Shown here in pieces: positions 9,668 through 18,555 of a stretch of DNA of 64,000 nucleotides (positions within the stretch are counted from its first letter, which is position 1; every line of letters begins with the position of its first letter). Under the pieces are notes generated by a model. That model was not told the origin of the DNA, did no database searches, and was given only the letters and a program-made list of their open reading frames with translations. This DNA is from Hydrurus foetidus (lineage: Eukaryota). The stretch is from positions 1,178,001-1,242,000 of the forward strand of contig UYFQ01000001.1 of assembly GCA_900617105.1 (NCBI GenBank). The letters are read 5' to 3'. A program made the translations under genes and the position numbers.

Positions 9668-10399
9668 TTACACCCCCAAATACCGCTCAATCAGCTCTGG
9701 CTGAGCGGTAAGCACCGCTGAAGTCCCCTCAAACACCACTTCACCCTTCACCAAAATCACATTCCGGTCGGTGATTTGGGTGACGTGCTTCCAGTTCTTG
9801 TCCACGATCACGCTGCTGATACCACTCTCGCGTATCAGGCTGCAAATGCGCCAAATTTCTTTGGCAATCAGCGGGGCGAGACCTTCTGTGGCTTCGTCGA
9901 GGATGAGCACGTCGGGGTTGGTCATCAGCGCACGGCCAATGGTCAGCATTTGCTGTTCGCCGCCGCTCAATTGCTGGCCGCCGTGGCCCAGGCGTTCGGT
10001 GAGGCGGGGGAAGGTTTCCAGCACGCGCTCGTACGTCCAGTCGCGTTGGCCGCGTGTGCCGGGGCGGGCGGCCATTTTGAGGTTTTCGACGACGCTCAAG
10101 TTGCCAAAAATACCCCGACCTTCGGGCACGTAGGCGATACCGCGTTGGGCGATCTCATACGGTGGACGGCTGGTCATCGTTTTGCCTGCGATGGCGATGC
10201 TGCCACTGCGGGGTTTGACCAGCCCCATCAGGGTTTTGAGCAGCGTGCTTTTGCCCATGCCGTTGCGGCCCATCAGGCCGATGGTTTCGCCTCGGCCCAC
10301 GGTGAAATCGACATCGCGCAGGATGTGGCTGGCGCTGTAGTAGGTGTTGAGGCCACGGGCTTCGATCAGCATGTCTATAGCGTTGTGGGTGATGTTCAT
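9668..10399 (-). CDS. ABC transporter ATP-binding protein (LivF-like)
   Basis: GRNGMGKST, LSGGEQQM, LILDE; ATG overlaps the upstream TGA. Confidence 0.92.
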   Translation of the reverse strand: MNITHNAIDMLIEARGLNTYYSASHILRDVDFTVGRGETIGLMGRNGMGKSTLLKTLMGLVKPRSGSIAIAGKTMTSRPPYEIAQRGIAYVPEGRGIFGNLSVVENLKMAARPGTRGQRDWTYERVLETFPRLTERLGHGGQQLSGGEQQMLTIGRALMTNPDVLILDEATEGLAPLIAKEIWRICSLIRESGISSVIVDKNWKHVTQITDRNVILVKGEVVFEGTSAVLTAQPELIERYLGV

Positions 10400-11220
10400 C
10401 AATGGGCTTCCTCACCAAGGTAGGCCGCTTGCACCTGGGCATTGGCCCGCACCTCGGGGGGTGTGCCGCTGGCGATGACTTGGCCGTTCACCATCACCGT
10501 CAGGCGGTCGGCCAGGGTGAAAACAGCGTCCATGTCGTGTTCCACCAGCAGCATGGCGTGCGTGGGTTTGAGTTTCAGCAGCAACTCGACCATGCGCTCG
10601 GCTTCGGCCACGCCCATGCCAGCGAGGGGTTCGTCCAGCAGCAACACCTGTGGCTCGGTAGCCAGCGTCATCGCGATCTCCAGCTGCCGCTGTTCGCCGT
10701 GGCTGATGGTGCCAGCGATGGCTGTACGACGGTTTTCCAAGCCTGCAAGGGCTATAGCGCTTTCTGCACGGGCGTGAGCAGCTATTGAAGTTGTAGCAGT
10801 AGATGCTGTACTGTGGAGCCAGCGCAGTGGGTTCCAAGGCTGTTGAATGTCACGGGATTGAGCGGCGAGGCGCACGTTTTCCCACACCGTGAAGGGCAAA
10901 AAGATGTTGGTCTTTTGGTAGCTGCGGCCCAGACCTTGGCGTGAGATTTTCTCGGGTGTCCAGCCCGTGATGTCTTGGCCCAAGAGCGTGACCTGGCCCG
11001 AGGTGAGCGGCAAATCAGCGGCGAGCAGGTTGGTCAGTGTCGATTTGCCTGCACCGTTGGGGCCAATCACTGCGTGGATGCGGCTTCGCCACAAGTCCAC
11101 CGATACTTCGTTGACGGCGGCCAGTCCGCCAAAGCGCTTGGTGATTTTGTGGGCAGACATCAGCACTTCGCCAAAGGAGTTCGCCGCGCCGTTGGTGCTC
11201 TCTGTTGACGCTTCACTCAT
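10399..11220 (-). CDS. ABC transporter ATP-binding protein (LivG-like)
   Basis: GPNGAGKST, ISHGEQRQ, LLLDEP, VEHDMD; ATGA overlap with the permease gene. Confidence 0.92.
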   Translation of the reverse strand: MSEASTESTNGAANSFGEVLMSAHKITKRFGGLAAVNEVSVDLWRSRIHAVIGPNGAGKSTLTNLLAADLPLTSGQVTLLGQDITGWTPEKISRQGLGRSYQKTNIFLPFTVWENVRLAAQSRDIQQPWNPLRWLHSTASTATTSIAAHARAESAIALAGLENRRTAIAGTISHGEQRQLEIAMTLATEPQVLLLDEPLAGMGVAEAERMVELLLKLKPTHAMLLVEHDMDAVFTLADRLTVMVNGQVIASGTPPEVRANAQVQAAYLGEEAH

Positions 11221-12230
11221 GCGTTGCCCCCCGTCTTTTTGGCGGTGAATTTTTCTAGCAAGCCCAACAGCCCGCGCGGCGCGAACACCACCAGCAATAC
11301 GATGAACAGGCCCATCCACAGCTGCCAGTGCTTGCCCATCGCAAAAGCGCCGATGTTGGGCAAATCCTTGAACACATGCAGCAAGTACTCGAACGCAAAC
11401 GCGCCCACCATCGCTCCGGCAAAGTTGCCCATGCCACCCAAAATCACCATCATGATGCCGTGCGCACTCATGTGAAAACCCATCAGCTCAGGGTTCATGT
11501 AGCCGCTTTGCGCGCCCCACAGGTAGCCCGCCAGCCCAGCCAGTGCACCGGCCAGCGTGAACGCACTCAATTTGTAACCAAAGCTGCCAAAGCCCACGGC
11601 ACGCATGCGGTGCTCGTTGACGCGGATGCCTGCCAGCGCACGGCCAAACGGGCTCCACAGCAAACGGCGCAAAAAGGCGTAGACACCCACCATGCACACC
11701 AGTGTGAAGTAGTAAAAGACGCGCTTGTTCTCTAAATCAAACAAGGTGAACCCGAACACCGTGGCTTCGGGTTTGAAGTTGATATACAACCCGTCTGAGC
11801 CGCCTAGCACCTTGTTGTCAAAGAACAAAAAGAACACCATCTGCGCGAACGCCATCGTCACCATGATGAAGTAAATGCCGTGCGTGCGCACCACAAAAAC
11901 CCCGATGACCAGCGCGGCGAGACCAGAGGCCGCCACCGCCACGGGCAGCGTCCACCACAGGCTGACCGGCTCGCCCGCAGGCGTGAGGAAGGCGAGCGCG
12001 TAGCCTGCCAGCCCAAAATACGCCGCGTGGCCCAAAGAGACCAAGCCCGTCACGCCTTGCAGCAGATCCAGACTCATCGCAAAGATGGCCAAAATCATCA
12101 TGCGAGCGAGCATGTCGGTGGTGTACGGGCTGCCGACGAAGGGGAAGGCGAGCAGGGCGATCAAGCCCATGCCCAGGGAAAATTGCACGCTGCGGGGCAG
12201 GGTTTCTAAATTGGCTTTTGTCGTGCTCAT
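11217..12230 (-). CDS. Branched-chain-amino-acid-type ABC permease (LivM-like)
   Basis: GLVSLGHAAYFG, YFIMVTMAF, SPFGRAL, MVILGGMG. Confidence 0.9.
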   Translation of the reverse strand: MSTTKANLETLPRSVQFSLGMGLIALLAFPFVGSPYTTDMLARMMILAIFAMSLDLLQGVTGLVSLGHAAYFGLAGYALAFLTPAGEPVSLWWTLPVAVAASGLAALVIGVFVVRTHGIYFIMVTMAFAQMVFFLFFDNKVLGGSDGLYINFKPEATVFGFTLFDLENKRVFYYFTLVCMVGVYAFLRRLLWSPFGRALAGIRVNEHRMRAVGFGSFGYKLSAFTLAGALAGLAGYLWGAQSGYMNPELMGFHMSAHGIMMVILGGMGNFAGAMVGAFAFEYLLHVFKDLPNIGAFAMGKHWQLWMGLFIVLLVVFAPRGLLGLLEKFTAKKTGGNA

Positions 12231-13090
12231 GCTTTAAACAACCCTTCCGGCTTCCACAGCAGCACGCCTGCCATCAACACGTAAACCAACATTCCGGACA
12301 CCGACGGCAGCAGCACCTTGCCAAAGGTGTCCACCAAGCCCACCAGCAGCGCGGCAATCAAGGCCCCGCGTACCGAGCCGATGCCGCCAATGACGACCAC
12401 CACAAAGCACATGATGAGCACCTGTGAGCCCATGTTCGGGTAGACGCTGGCCACAGGCGCAGCAATCATCCCCGCCACCGATGCCAAGCCCACGCCCAGT
12501 GCAAACACAATCGTCTGAATCAATTTGCTGTTGATGCCCAGTGCCTCGGCCATGTCTCGGTTGAACGCCCCGGCACGTATCTTCATGCCCAGCCGGGTTT
12601 TAGAAATCAGCAGGTACAGGCCCAACGCCAGCACCAAGCACACGCCCGACATGAACAGCCGGTAAGCCGGGTAAGACAGCGTGTCCGTGAGCGGAATCGA
12701 CCAGTCCAGCGCCGCCGGAATCGCCACACCGTGGACATCGTCGCCCCACAGCATGGAGCGCAGCTCTTCAAAAATGTAGATCAGGCCAAACGTCAGCAGC
12801 ACCTGATCGAGGTGGTCGCGTTGGTAAAAATGGCGGAACAGCAGCCATTCCAGCGCCCAACCGAACGCCACCGACAGCACCGCGCCGCCCAAAATAGCCA
12901 GCGTCAGGCTGCCAAAGGCGCTGGACAGCGCATACGCCAGATAAGCGCCCAGCATGTAAAAACTGCCGTGGGCCAGATTCACCACGCCCATGATGCCGAA
13001 AATCAGCGTCAGGCCCGCCGCCAGCATGAACAGCAGCAGGCCGTACTGGACGCTGTTGAGCAGCTGGATCAAAAAGTTAGCGACATCCAT
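12227..13090 (-). CDS. Branched-chain-amino-acid-type ABC permease (LivH-like)
   Basis: GLTLIFGIMGVVNLAHG, VVVIGGIGS, KPEGLF. Confidence 0.92.
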   Translation of the reverse strand: MDVANFLIQLLNSVQYGLLLFMLAAGLTLIFGIMGVVNLAHGSFYMLGAYLAYALSSAFGSLTLAILGGAVLSVAFGWALEWLLFRHFYQRDHLDQVLLTFGLIYIFEELRSMLWGDDVHGVAIPAALDWSIPLTDTLSYPAYRLFMSGVCLVLALGLYLLISKTRLGMKIRAGAFNRDMAEALGINSKLIQTIVFALGVGLASVAGMIAAPVASVYPNMGSQVLIMCFVVVVIGGIGSVRGALIAALLVGLVDTFGKVLLPSVSGMLVYVLMAGVLLWKPEGLFKA

Positions 13091-13138
13091 CGGTGTTATT
13101 CAGCTTTCATCTGCGTTCGCGGATTTTTCAGGTTGTTA

Positions 13139-13774
13139 TCAAGCGTGGCGGCGCAACGTCAGCAGCACACCGCCCATCGCGGTGAACAGGCTGCCTGTCA
13201 CTCGGTTGAACCAACGTGCCCGGCCCGCTTGGCGCAGCCACGGGGCGATGCGGGCTGCGAACAGGGTGCAGACGGTCAACACGCTCATCTCGAACGCCAT
13301 GAAGGTGATGGCCAGCAGCGCAAACTGCGGTGCCCAGGCTTGCGCGGGGTTCAAAAACTGGGGGAAGAACGCGGCAAAGAACAGCAGCGCTTTGGGGTTG
13401 CTCGCGCCTACCAGCAGACCCTGCACGTAGAGCTGCCAGGCGCTGCGCTGGCCGTCTGCCGGATTGCCAGGGGCCGCATCGAAGGTGGTGACGGGGCTAC
13501 GGAAGGTTTTGACACCCAAATAAATCAGGTAAGCCGCGCCTATGGTTTTGAACACAGTGAACGCGATCTCCGACGCTGAAAGCAGCGCCCCCAAACCCAA
13601 CGACGACAAAATCATCACCCCCAAGACAGCCGTCACGCTGCCACTGGCCGACGCCATCGCTTTGGCCGCACCGTGGTTGACGGCGTTCGTCATGCTCATC
13701 AGCATGGTGGGGCCGGGCGACAGCACCAAGAGTGCCACAGCGGCGAGGTAGAGCAGGTAGGTCGATAGCGTCAT
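13139..13774 (-). CDS. LysE/RhtB-family exporter
   Basis: SPGP, GAAYLIYLG, NPKALLFF motifs. Confidence 0.9.
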   Translation of the reverse strand: MTLSTYLLYLAAVALLVLSPGPTMLMSMTNAVNHGAAKAMASASGSVTAVLGVMILSSLGLGALLSASEIAFTVFKTIGAAYLIYLGVKTFRSPVTTFDAAPGNPADGQRSAWQLYVQGLLVGASNPKALLFFAAFFPQFLNPAQAWAPQFALLAITFMAFEMSVLTVCTLFAARIAPWLRQAGRARWFNRVTGSLFTAMGGVLLTLRRHA

Positions 13775-13840
13775 GGGTGGATCCTGTAGGGTAAGAAAAA
13801 GGCGTGTGGATGCAGCGCAGAGGCTGCACCCCGGAGAAGC

Positions 13841-15028
13841 TTAGACCAACTTGCAACCCACGCCCGAGTCTGCCAACGCCTTGGCGGCCACGCCAATCAC
13901 CTTGTTTTCTTTGTTTTCCACCACGCGCAGGTAAATGTCTTGCACCGGGTTGTGCGCTTTGCTCATCGTCCACTTGCCACGTGGGCTGTCGATGACGGCG
14001 GATTCCAGCGCTTTGTACAGCGCAGGCTTGGCGGCCATGTCGCCTTTGACCGCGTTCGCGCCCTGCACCAACAGCAAGCCGGTGTCGTAGCCTTGCACCG
14101 CGTACACATCGGGCTGGGCTTTGAAGGTGGTGGCGTAGGCCAAACGAAAAGCCTTGTTGCGTGGCGTGTCCAGCGAATCGCTGTAGTGCATGGTGGTGAC
14201 GATGCCGTCCGCTGCGGGGCCAGCGGCTTCCAGCACGCCTTCGGTCAAAAAGCCCGAACCGTAGAGCGGGATTTTGCCTTTGAGGCCCGCTGCAGCGTAG
14301 TCTTTGATGAACTTGGCAGCACCACCACCGGCGAAGAAGCAGGCCACGGCGTCAGGCTTCAGGGCAGCAATTTCAGTCAGCAGCGCCTGGAATTCCACGT
14401 TGGGGAAGGGCAGGCCGAGTTCTTTGATGATGGTGCCACCGGCTGCTGTGTAGCTTTCTTTGAAGCCCTCAAAGGCCTCATCACCGGCCGCGTATTTCCA
14501 GGTGATCCAGACGGCTTTTTTATGGCCTTTGGCAACCATGGCGGCACCCAGTGCCCGCGTGGGCTGTGAGTTGCTGAACGACGTGCGGAACACATTGGGT
14601 GCGCACAGCCCACGGGTGGCAGCGTGAACGCCTGCGTTGGGGATCAAGCTCAGCACGCCCGAATCGCGTGCCACCTTTTGTATGCCCATTTGCACGCCTG
14701 AATGCACGGTGCCGATCAGCACGTCTACCTTGTCACGCTGCACCAGCTTGTTGGCGTTTTCAATCCCTTTGGATGGATCGGACTCATCGTCCACCTTGAA
14801 CCACTCGATCTCACGCCCACCCAGTTTGCCGCCTTGCTGGTCGATGGCCAGACGCACGCCGTTTTCAATAGCCACGCCCAATTGTGCAAACGTGCCGGTG
14901 TAGGGCAGCATGAAGCCCACCCGCACTTTGCCCGACTGTGCCTGTGCCATGCCGGGCAGCAGCAAACTGGTTGAGGCTGCGCCAATGACGGCGGCAGAGC
15001 GAGAGAGAACGAGGCGGCGGGTGGTCAT
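13841..15028 (-). CDS. ABC substrate-binding protein, Leu/Ile/Val-binding fold, likely for aromatic acids
   Basis: Twin-Arg-like signal TTRRLVL, GFMLPYTG, DDESDP, GTVHSGV, DSPRG; context is an aromatic catabolic cluster. Confidence 0.88.
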   Translation of the reverse strand: MTTRRLVLSRSAAVIGAASTSLLLPGMAQAQSGKVRVGFMLPYTGTFAQLGVAIENGVRLAIDQQGGKLGGREIEWFKVDDESDPSKGIENANKLVQRDKVDVLIGTVHSGVQMGIQKVARDSGVLSLIPNAGVHAATRGLCAPNVFRTSFSNSQPTRALGAAMVAKGHKKAVWITWKYAAGDEAFEGFKESYTAAGGTIIKELGLPFPNVEFQALLTEIAALKPDAVACFFAGGGAAKFIKDYAAAGLKGKIPLYGSGFLTEGVLEAAGPAADGIVTTMHYSDSLDTPRNKAFRLAYATTFKAQPDVYAVQGYDTGLLLVQGANAVKGDMAAKPALYKALESAVIDSPRGKWTMSKAHNPVQDIYLRVVENKENKVIGVAAKALADSGVGCKLV

Positions 15029-15080
15029 AAGGTGTCTCCTGGAGTGAAGGGGTTGAACGTGGCGGGCAGGGTTGCGTGAT

Positions 15081-15100
15081 TTAGTTTAGGCCTAAACTAA
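15081..15100. promoter_or_regulatory. Perfect 20-bp palindrome, candidate repressor operator for the ABC operon
   Basis: TTAGTTTAGG|CCTAAACTAA about 50 bp upstream of the SBP start. Confidence 0.6.
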
Positions 15101-15173
15101 TTTAAGCACGCCTCAAGAGGATTCTTGCGTAGAACTTACCCCTAGTAAGGCCGCTTAAGCTTAAATCAAGAGC

Positions 15174-15689
15174 TTAAATCGGTTTGATAAGTGAGTTCGC
15201 TATCAGGTCATTGTCAAAAATACACAGCCGCTGGGTGAAACGCAAACCTTCGGGCGTGCCGACCATGCGGTCAAGGTAGCGCCCTGTACTCAAAATCTCA
15301 GGCAGCTTGTCGCGGTGGGTGCGCAGCACGAGGTAGGCTGTCTCGGCTTTAATCACGTTGCCCGCGTCGCCTTCGTTATTTTCTACAGAGGTAATGAGCG
15401 GCTGGCTGACGATGTGCCGCTGGTAATACGGTGCGTGGTAGATCGTCTGCACCGCGCCATAAACGCGGTCACGCAGCATGGCTTGGCTTTCGAAGCGCAG
15501 GATGCACAGCGGCAAGCCTGCATCAAAATTCTCACGCGACTGGATGGCGTAGACGCATTCTGAGGTGAATAAATCCGGCCATGTGGAGAAGTCATTGCTG
15601 TCAAGAATATGGCTATACCGCAAGTGAAGGTTCAATACTTCGCTATAGGTTTTGAAGTCCATCATGTTCAATGCTGTGTTCATGCTCAA
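15174..15689 (-). CDS. nagH: Rieske aromatic-ring-hydroxylating oxygenase small subunit (salicylate 5-hydroxylase-like)
   Basis: SRENFDAGLPL, MLRDRVYG, TIYHAPYYQRH, GRYLD; coupled to the large subunit. Confidence 0.75.
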   Translation of the reverse strand: MSMNTALNMMDFKTYSEVLNLHLRYSHILDSNDFSTWPDLFTSECVYAIQSRENFDAGLPLCILRFESQAMLRDRVYGAVQTIYHAPYYQRHIVSQPLITSVENNEGDAGNVIKAETAYLVLRTHRDKLPEILSTGRYLDRMVGTPEGLRFTQRLCIFDNDLIANSLIKPI

Positions 15690-16966
15690 ACCCCCATCAC
15701 CGAACGCCAGTAGCCGTACATGCCGCGAATCAGCGTCTCGGTGACCATGTGCGGGGTAGGCTGCACGCCGGTGCCGTCGAGTTCGCTGATGGTGCGGGCC
15801 TGCGGGTTGGCGCTGAAAGCATCCTGCACAAACGCAATTACCTCGCCATCGTCTGCGCTCACAAAACCTGCGGGGCCGAACAGATTGGCCTGACGCAGGC
15901 GGCGGGCTTCCATCTCGGGGGTGTCGTCCTCAAAACCAAAATGTGTCCAGACGAAATCAAACGCATCAGGGCCGCAAGGCTGAATCTGGCGCGTCGAGAG
16001 CGAATTCACCTGCTGCTGGATGATGAGGCTGGGGAACAGCGTCATCATCACCACGGTGGGGCCGTTCCACCAGGGCTCGGGATCTATATCAAGCAAGCGC
16101 GGATCGCCCAGCGCCATGTTGGCTTTGAACGAGGTGACACCTTGCGTCACCGCAGAGCTTGCTGCCACTTCTGCGCGGCGCGACACCATGCAGGCGTGCC
16201 GCCCTTTCGCGTCCATCACCATCTGGCTGCGCTGATCGGCCCGCCACAGGCCAAACGTCACAAACCAGGTGTGCAGCAGGCCAGGGTGGTAGGGGTCTTT
16301 GATGTTCTCTTGCATCAGCTTCCAGTTGGCGGGAATGCGCTGGCGGTTGATGCCCAGGAGTTTCAGCGGCTTGTGGAACACGCGATCGAAATACGGCAGC
16401 ACTTCAGGGCCGAGGTAGTCTTCAAAAGACTCTACATCCGCATCAAAGCTGGCAAACACCACGCCGCCCCGACGCGCGACTTTCAGTTTGTTCAAGCCGT
16501 GGTCACACAACGCAAAGTCTTCGGCCATGCCGCCTTCCTTGGTTTTGTTCCCCTCGGCATCTTCGCGCACCACGCCATTGCGAAAGGGCAAGCCCGCCAA
16601 ATCGCCATTCAGCTTGTACGTCCACTGGTGGTAGGGGCAGACAAAGCTGCGGGCATTGCCGGTGCGCTCTCGCACAAAGGCCACGCCACGGTGCGCACAG
16701 CGGTTTTCCACCACATTGATGCTGTCCGGCTGCCCTGCGCGCCCCCGTTCACGCACCATCACCACGCTGCGCTCGCCAATTTGCGTGCGCTTGTAGTCGC
16801 CTGCTTTGGGGATTTCGCACTCCAAGCCAACATAGCACCAGTGGCCTTTGTAGAAGAGTTTTTCCAGCTCTTGCTGGTACAGCGCTTCATCGGTGTAGAC
16901 CCAACCAGGGGCGCGGGAGGTGGGGGCGTCGCCCCAGGTGGGCGTGTTGGCGTGTGTGGTGGTCAT
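15686..16966 (-). CDS. nagG: Rieske oxygenase large subunit (salicylate 5-hydroxylase-like)
   Basis: Rieske motif CAHRG...CPYHQW and Fe-site ENIKDPYHPGLLH, GFVSADDGEV; the substrate is inferred. Confidence 0.78.
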   Translation of the reverse strand: MTTTHANTPTWGDAPTSRAPGWVYTDEALYQQELEKLFYKGHWCYVGLECEIPKAGDYKRTQIGERSVVMVRERGRAGQPDSINVVENRCAHRGVAFVRERTGNARSFVCPYHQWTYKLNGDLAGLPFRNGVVREDAEGNKTKEGGMAEDFALCDHGLNKLKVARRGGVVFASFDADVESFEDYLGPEVLPYFDRVFHKPLKLLGINRQRIPANWKLMQENIKDPYHPGLLHTWFVTFGLWRADQRSQMVMDAKGRHACMVSRRAEVAASSAVTQGVTSFKANMALGDPRLLDIDPEPWWNGPTVVMMTLFPSLIIQQQVNSLSTRQIQPCGPDAFDFVWTHFGFEDDTPEMEARRLRQANLFGPAGFVSADDGEVIAFVQDAFSANPQARTISELDGTGVQPTPHMVTETLIRGMYGYWRSVMGV

Positions 16967-17865
16967 TGGTCGTCCTCAAGGGCTTCGAGATCGGCTTTTG
17001 GGATCAAGGCCGCAAGGGTGGGCTGCCAAAGCAGCAAGTCAAGCTGCGCGACGGTGTCAGTCAAGGAGCCTGCGGTGACACGGTTTTTGCTCAGAAATGC
17101 CTGCCACTGGCGAACCTTTGCAGCGTCTTCACTGAACTGACGGGTCAGCGCCAGTGGGCGCTCTGTTGGCAGGGCCGTGTTTCTGCGGGCAAACGTGGCT
17201 GCAATTGCGCCTGCCAAGGTGGCTTTGTCCAAAGCCGTGCGGCGGGCGATGACCGCCAAGTCATAGAAATCCTTCATGCGGGTGTTGACTTGGCCCAGTA
17301 TCACCATCGCGTGGTACTTTTCAGCGATGACGGTGTAGACCGGATAGACCCGAAGCACAGGGGCTTGAAAATCTTTCAGCAGCGTTGGAAAAGCCACGGT
17401 CTGAGCCTCTGGCGTCACGGCATCGCCGAAGCCTACGTCGATTTGCAACGCACAACGCGCAGAACCGATACGGGCGACGAGGTGAATGCGCGTGCCGCCA
17501 TAGGTGTTGTCTTCGCGAATGGCATCGGCACGCACCGATTCAGGATCGAACACCGTGCCGTCGTTCAAATCCATACCAGCGATGGCGCGGAAAGTGGCGA
17601 TCAGGTTTTCTGCGTCATCGGGGCCAAAGCCCAGCAAATCAACATCCCTTGTCGGACGGTGCGGGTCGTCGTACCAAAGCGCAAACAGCAAGGCTCCTTT
17701 GAGCACAAACCTGTTGGCATAAGGCGACACGCTGAGGCGGCACAGCAGGCGTTCCAGTGCGAACCGGTTCAGCAGCAAGCTGTAGTCGTCGCCCCGTGTC
17801 TTTGCCAAAGTCAGTAGCCTAGCGAGGATGGATGCAGCGGCAGCTAAAGAAGTGAGGCTACTCAT
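16963..17865 (-). CDS. abiEii: AbiEii-family nucleotidyltransferase toxin (type IV TA)
   Basis: ERLLCRL, FVLKGA, RPTRDVD, AEKYHAM, NTRMKDFYD. Confidence 0.9.
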   Translation of the reverse strand: MSSLTSLAAAASILARLLTLAKTRGDDYSLLLNRFALERLLCRLSVSPYANRFVLKGALLFALWYDDPHRPTRDVDLLGFGPDDAENLIATFRAIAGMDLNDGTVFDPESVRADAIREDNTYGGTRIHLVARIGSARCALQIDVGFGDAVTPEAQTVAFPTLLKDFQAPVLRVYPVYTVIAEKYHAMVILGQVNTRMKDFYDLAVIARRTALDKATLAGAIAATFARRNTALPTERPLALTRQFSEDAAKVRQWQAFLSKNRVTAGSLTDTVAQLDLLLWQPTLAALIPKADLEALEDDQ

Positions 17866-18479
17866 GCGACCACGGCCTCAAGGTAAGGTTGCATGACCTT
17901 TTCCACCCGGTTGATTTTGGCGAAGTAGGCTATTTCTGGCATGGTGATCTTGCGGGTATGCCATGCGTCTTTGAGGGCTTCCAGCGCAACGTCAAGGCCA
18001 ATCTTGTTGCGGAACTTGAAGCAGTCGGTCACGGTCTTGGCAACGCTGTAGACACGGACAGGCGCACCACACACGACCACGGTCTGCATGCCCTCGCTGT
18101 ACGCTGTGCCACGCAGACGCAAGATGCGCAGCCTTGGGTAGCTCAGCGCCGGGGTCTGCGTGCCTTCGGGCAGCGCAACCCACACCTCGTGGGGCATCTG
18201 CGTGCCCACTTCATGGAATTGCAATGCGGACAGCAAGCACAAGACGGCCTTGGGTACACGCTGGCAAACTTCTATGGCCGCTTGGTGTTCGGTGATCTCG
18301 GGCATGTCCCCCCTGTCGCCATCGGGCAGGCTGTAGAGACCACGGGCAACCCGTTGCAGCTTGCCTGCTTGGTGCAGACGAAGCAAAAGCTGTGGTGACC
18401 AGCCATGCCCGCGCACATCCACAGCGCGAAGCACGCGCTGCTGTCGGGCAAGGTCTAGGATTTGATGGGATTGGGTCAT
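17862..18479 (-). CDS. abiEi: AbiEi-family antitoxin / transcriptional regulator
   Basis: LQRVARGLY, CLLSALQFH, KTVTDCFKFRNKIGLDVALEAL; ATGA overlap with the toxin gene. Confidence 0.9.
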   Translation of the reverse strand: MTQSHQILDLARQQRVLRAVDVRGHGWSPQLLLRLHQAGKLQRVARGLYSLPDGDRGDMPEITEHQAAIEVCQRVPKAVLCLLSALQFHEVGTQMPHEVWVALPEGTQTPALSYPRLRILRLRGTAYSEGMQTVVVCGAPVRVYSVAKTVTDCFKFRNKIGLDVALEALKDAWHTRKITMPEIAYFAKINRVEKVMQPYLEAVVA

Positions 18480-18496
18480 GGTTGCTAAGTTTATTA

Positions 18497-18526
18497 TTCA
18501 CACTATTTATTTGCAAGTAATGTGAA
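18497..18526. promoter_or_regulatory. Imperfect inverted repeat upstream of abiEi, candidate autoregulatory operator
   Basis: TTCACACTATTT-N6-AAGTAATGTGAA (10/12) in an AT-rich spacer. Confidence 0.45.
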
Positions 18527-18555
18527 ATTCAAACTTAAGCAAACTTGTTCTCAGC

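Noticed and set aside
15671..17817. Long plus-strand ORFs of 489 and 287 aa, and similar antisense ORFs throughout the window
   Set aside because: They shadow well-supported opposite-strand genes in high-GC DNA and show no recognisable motifs.
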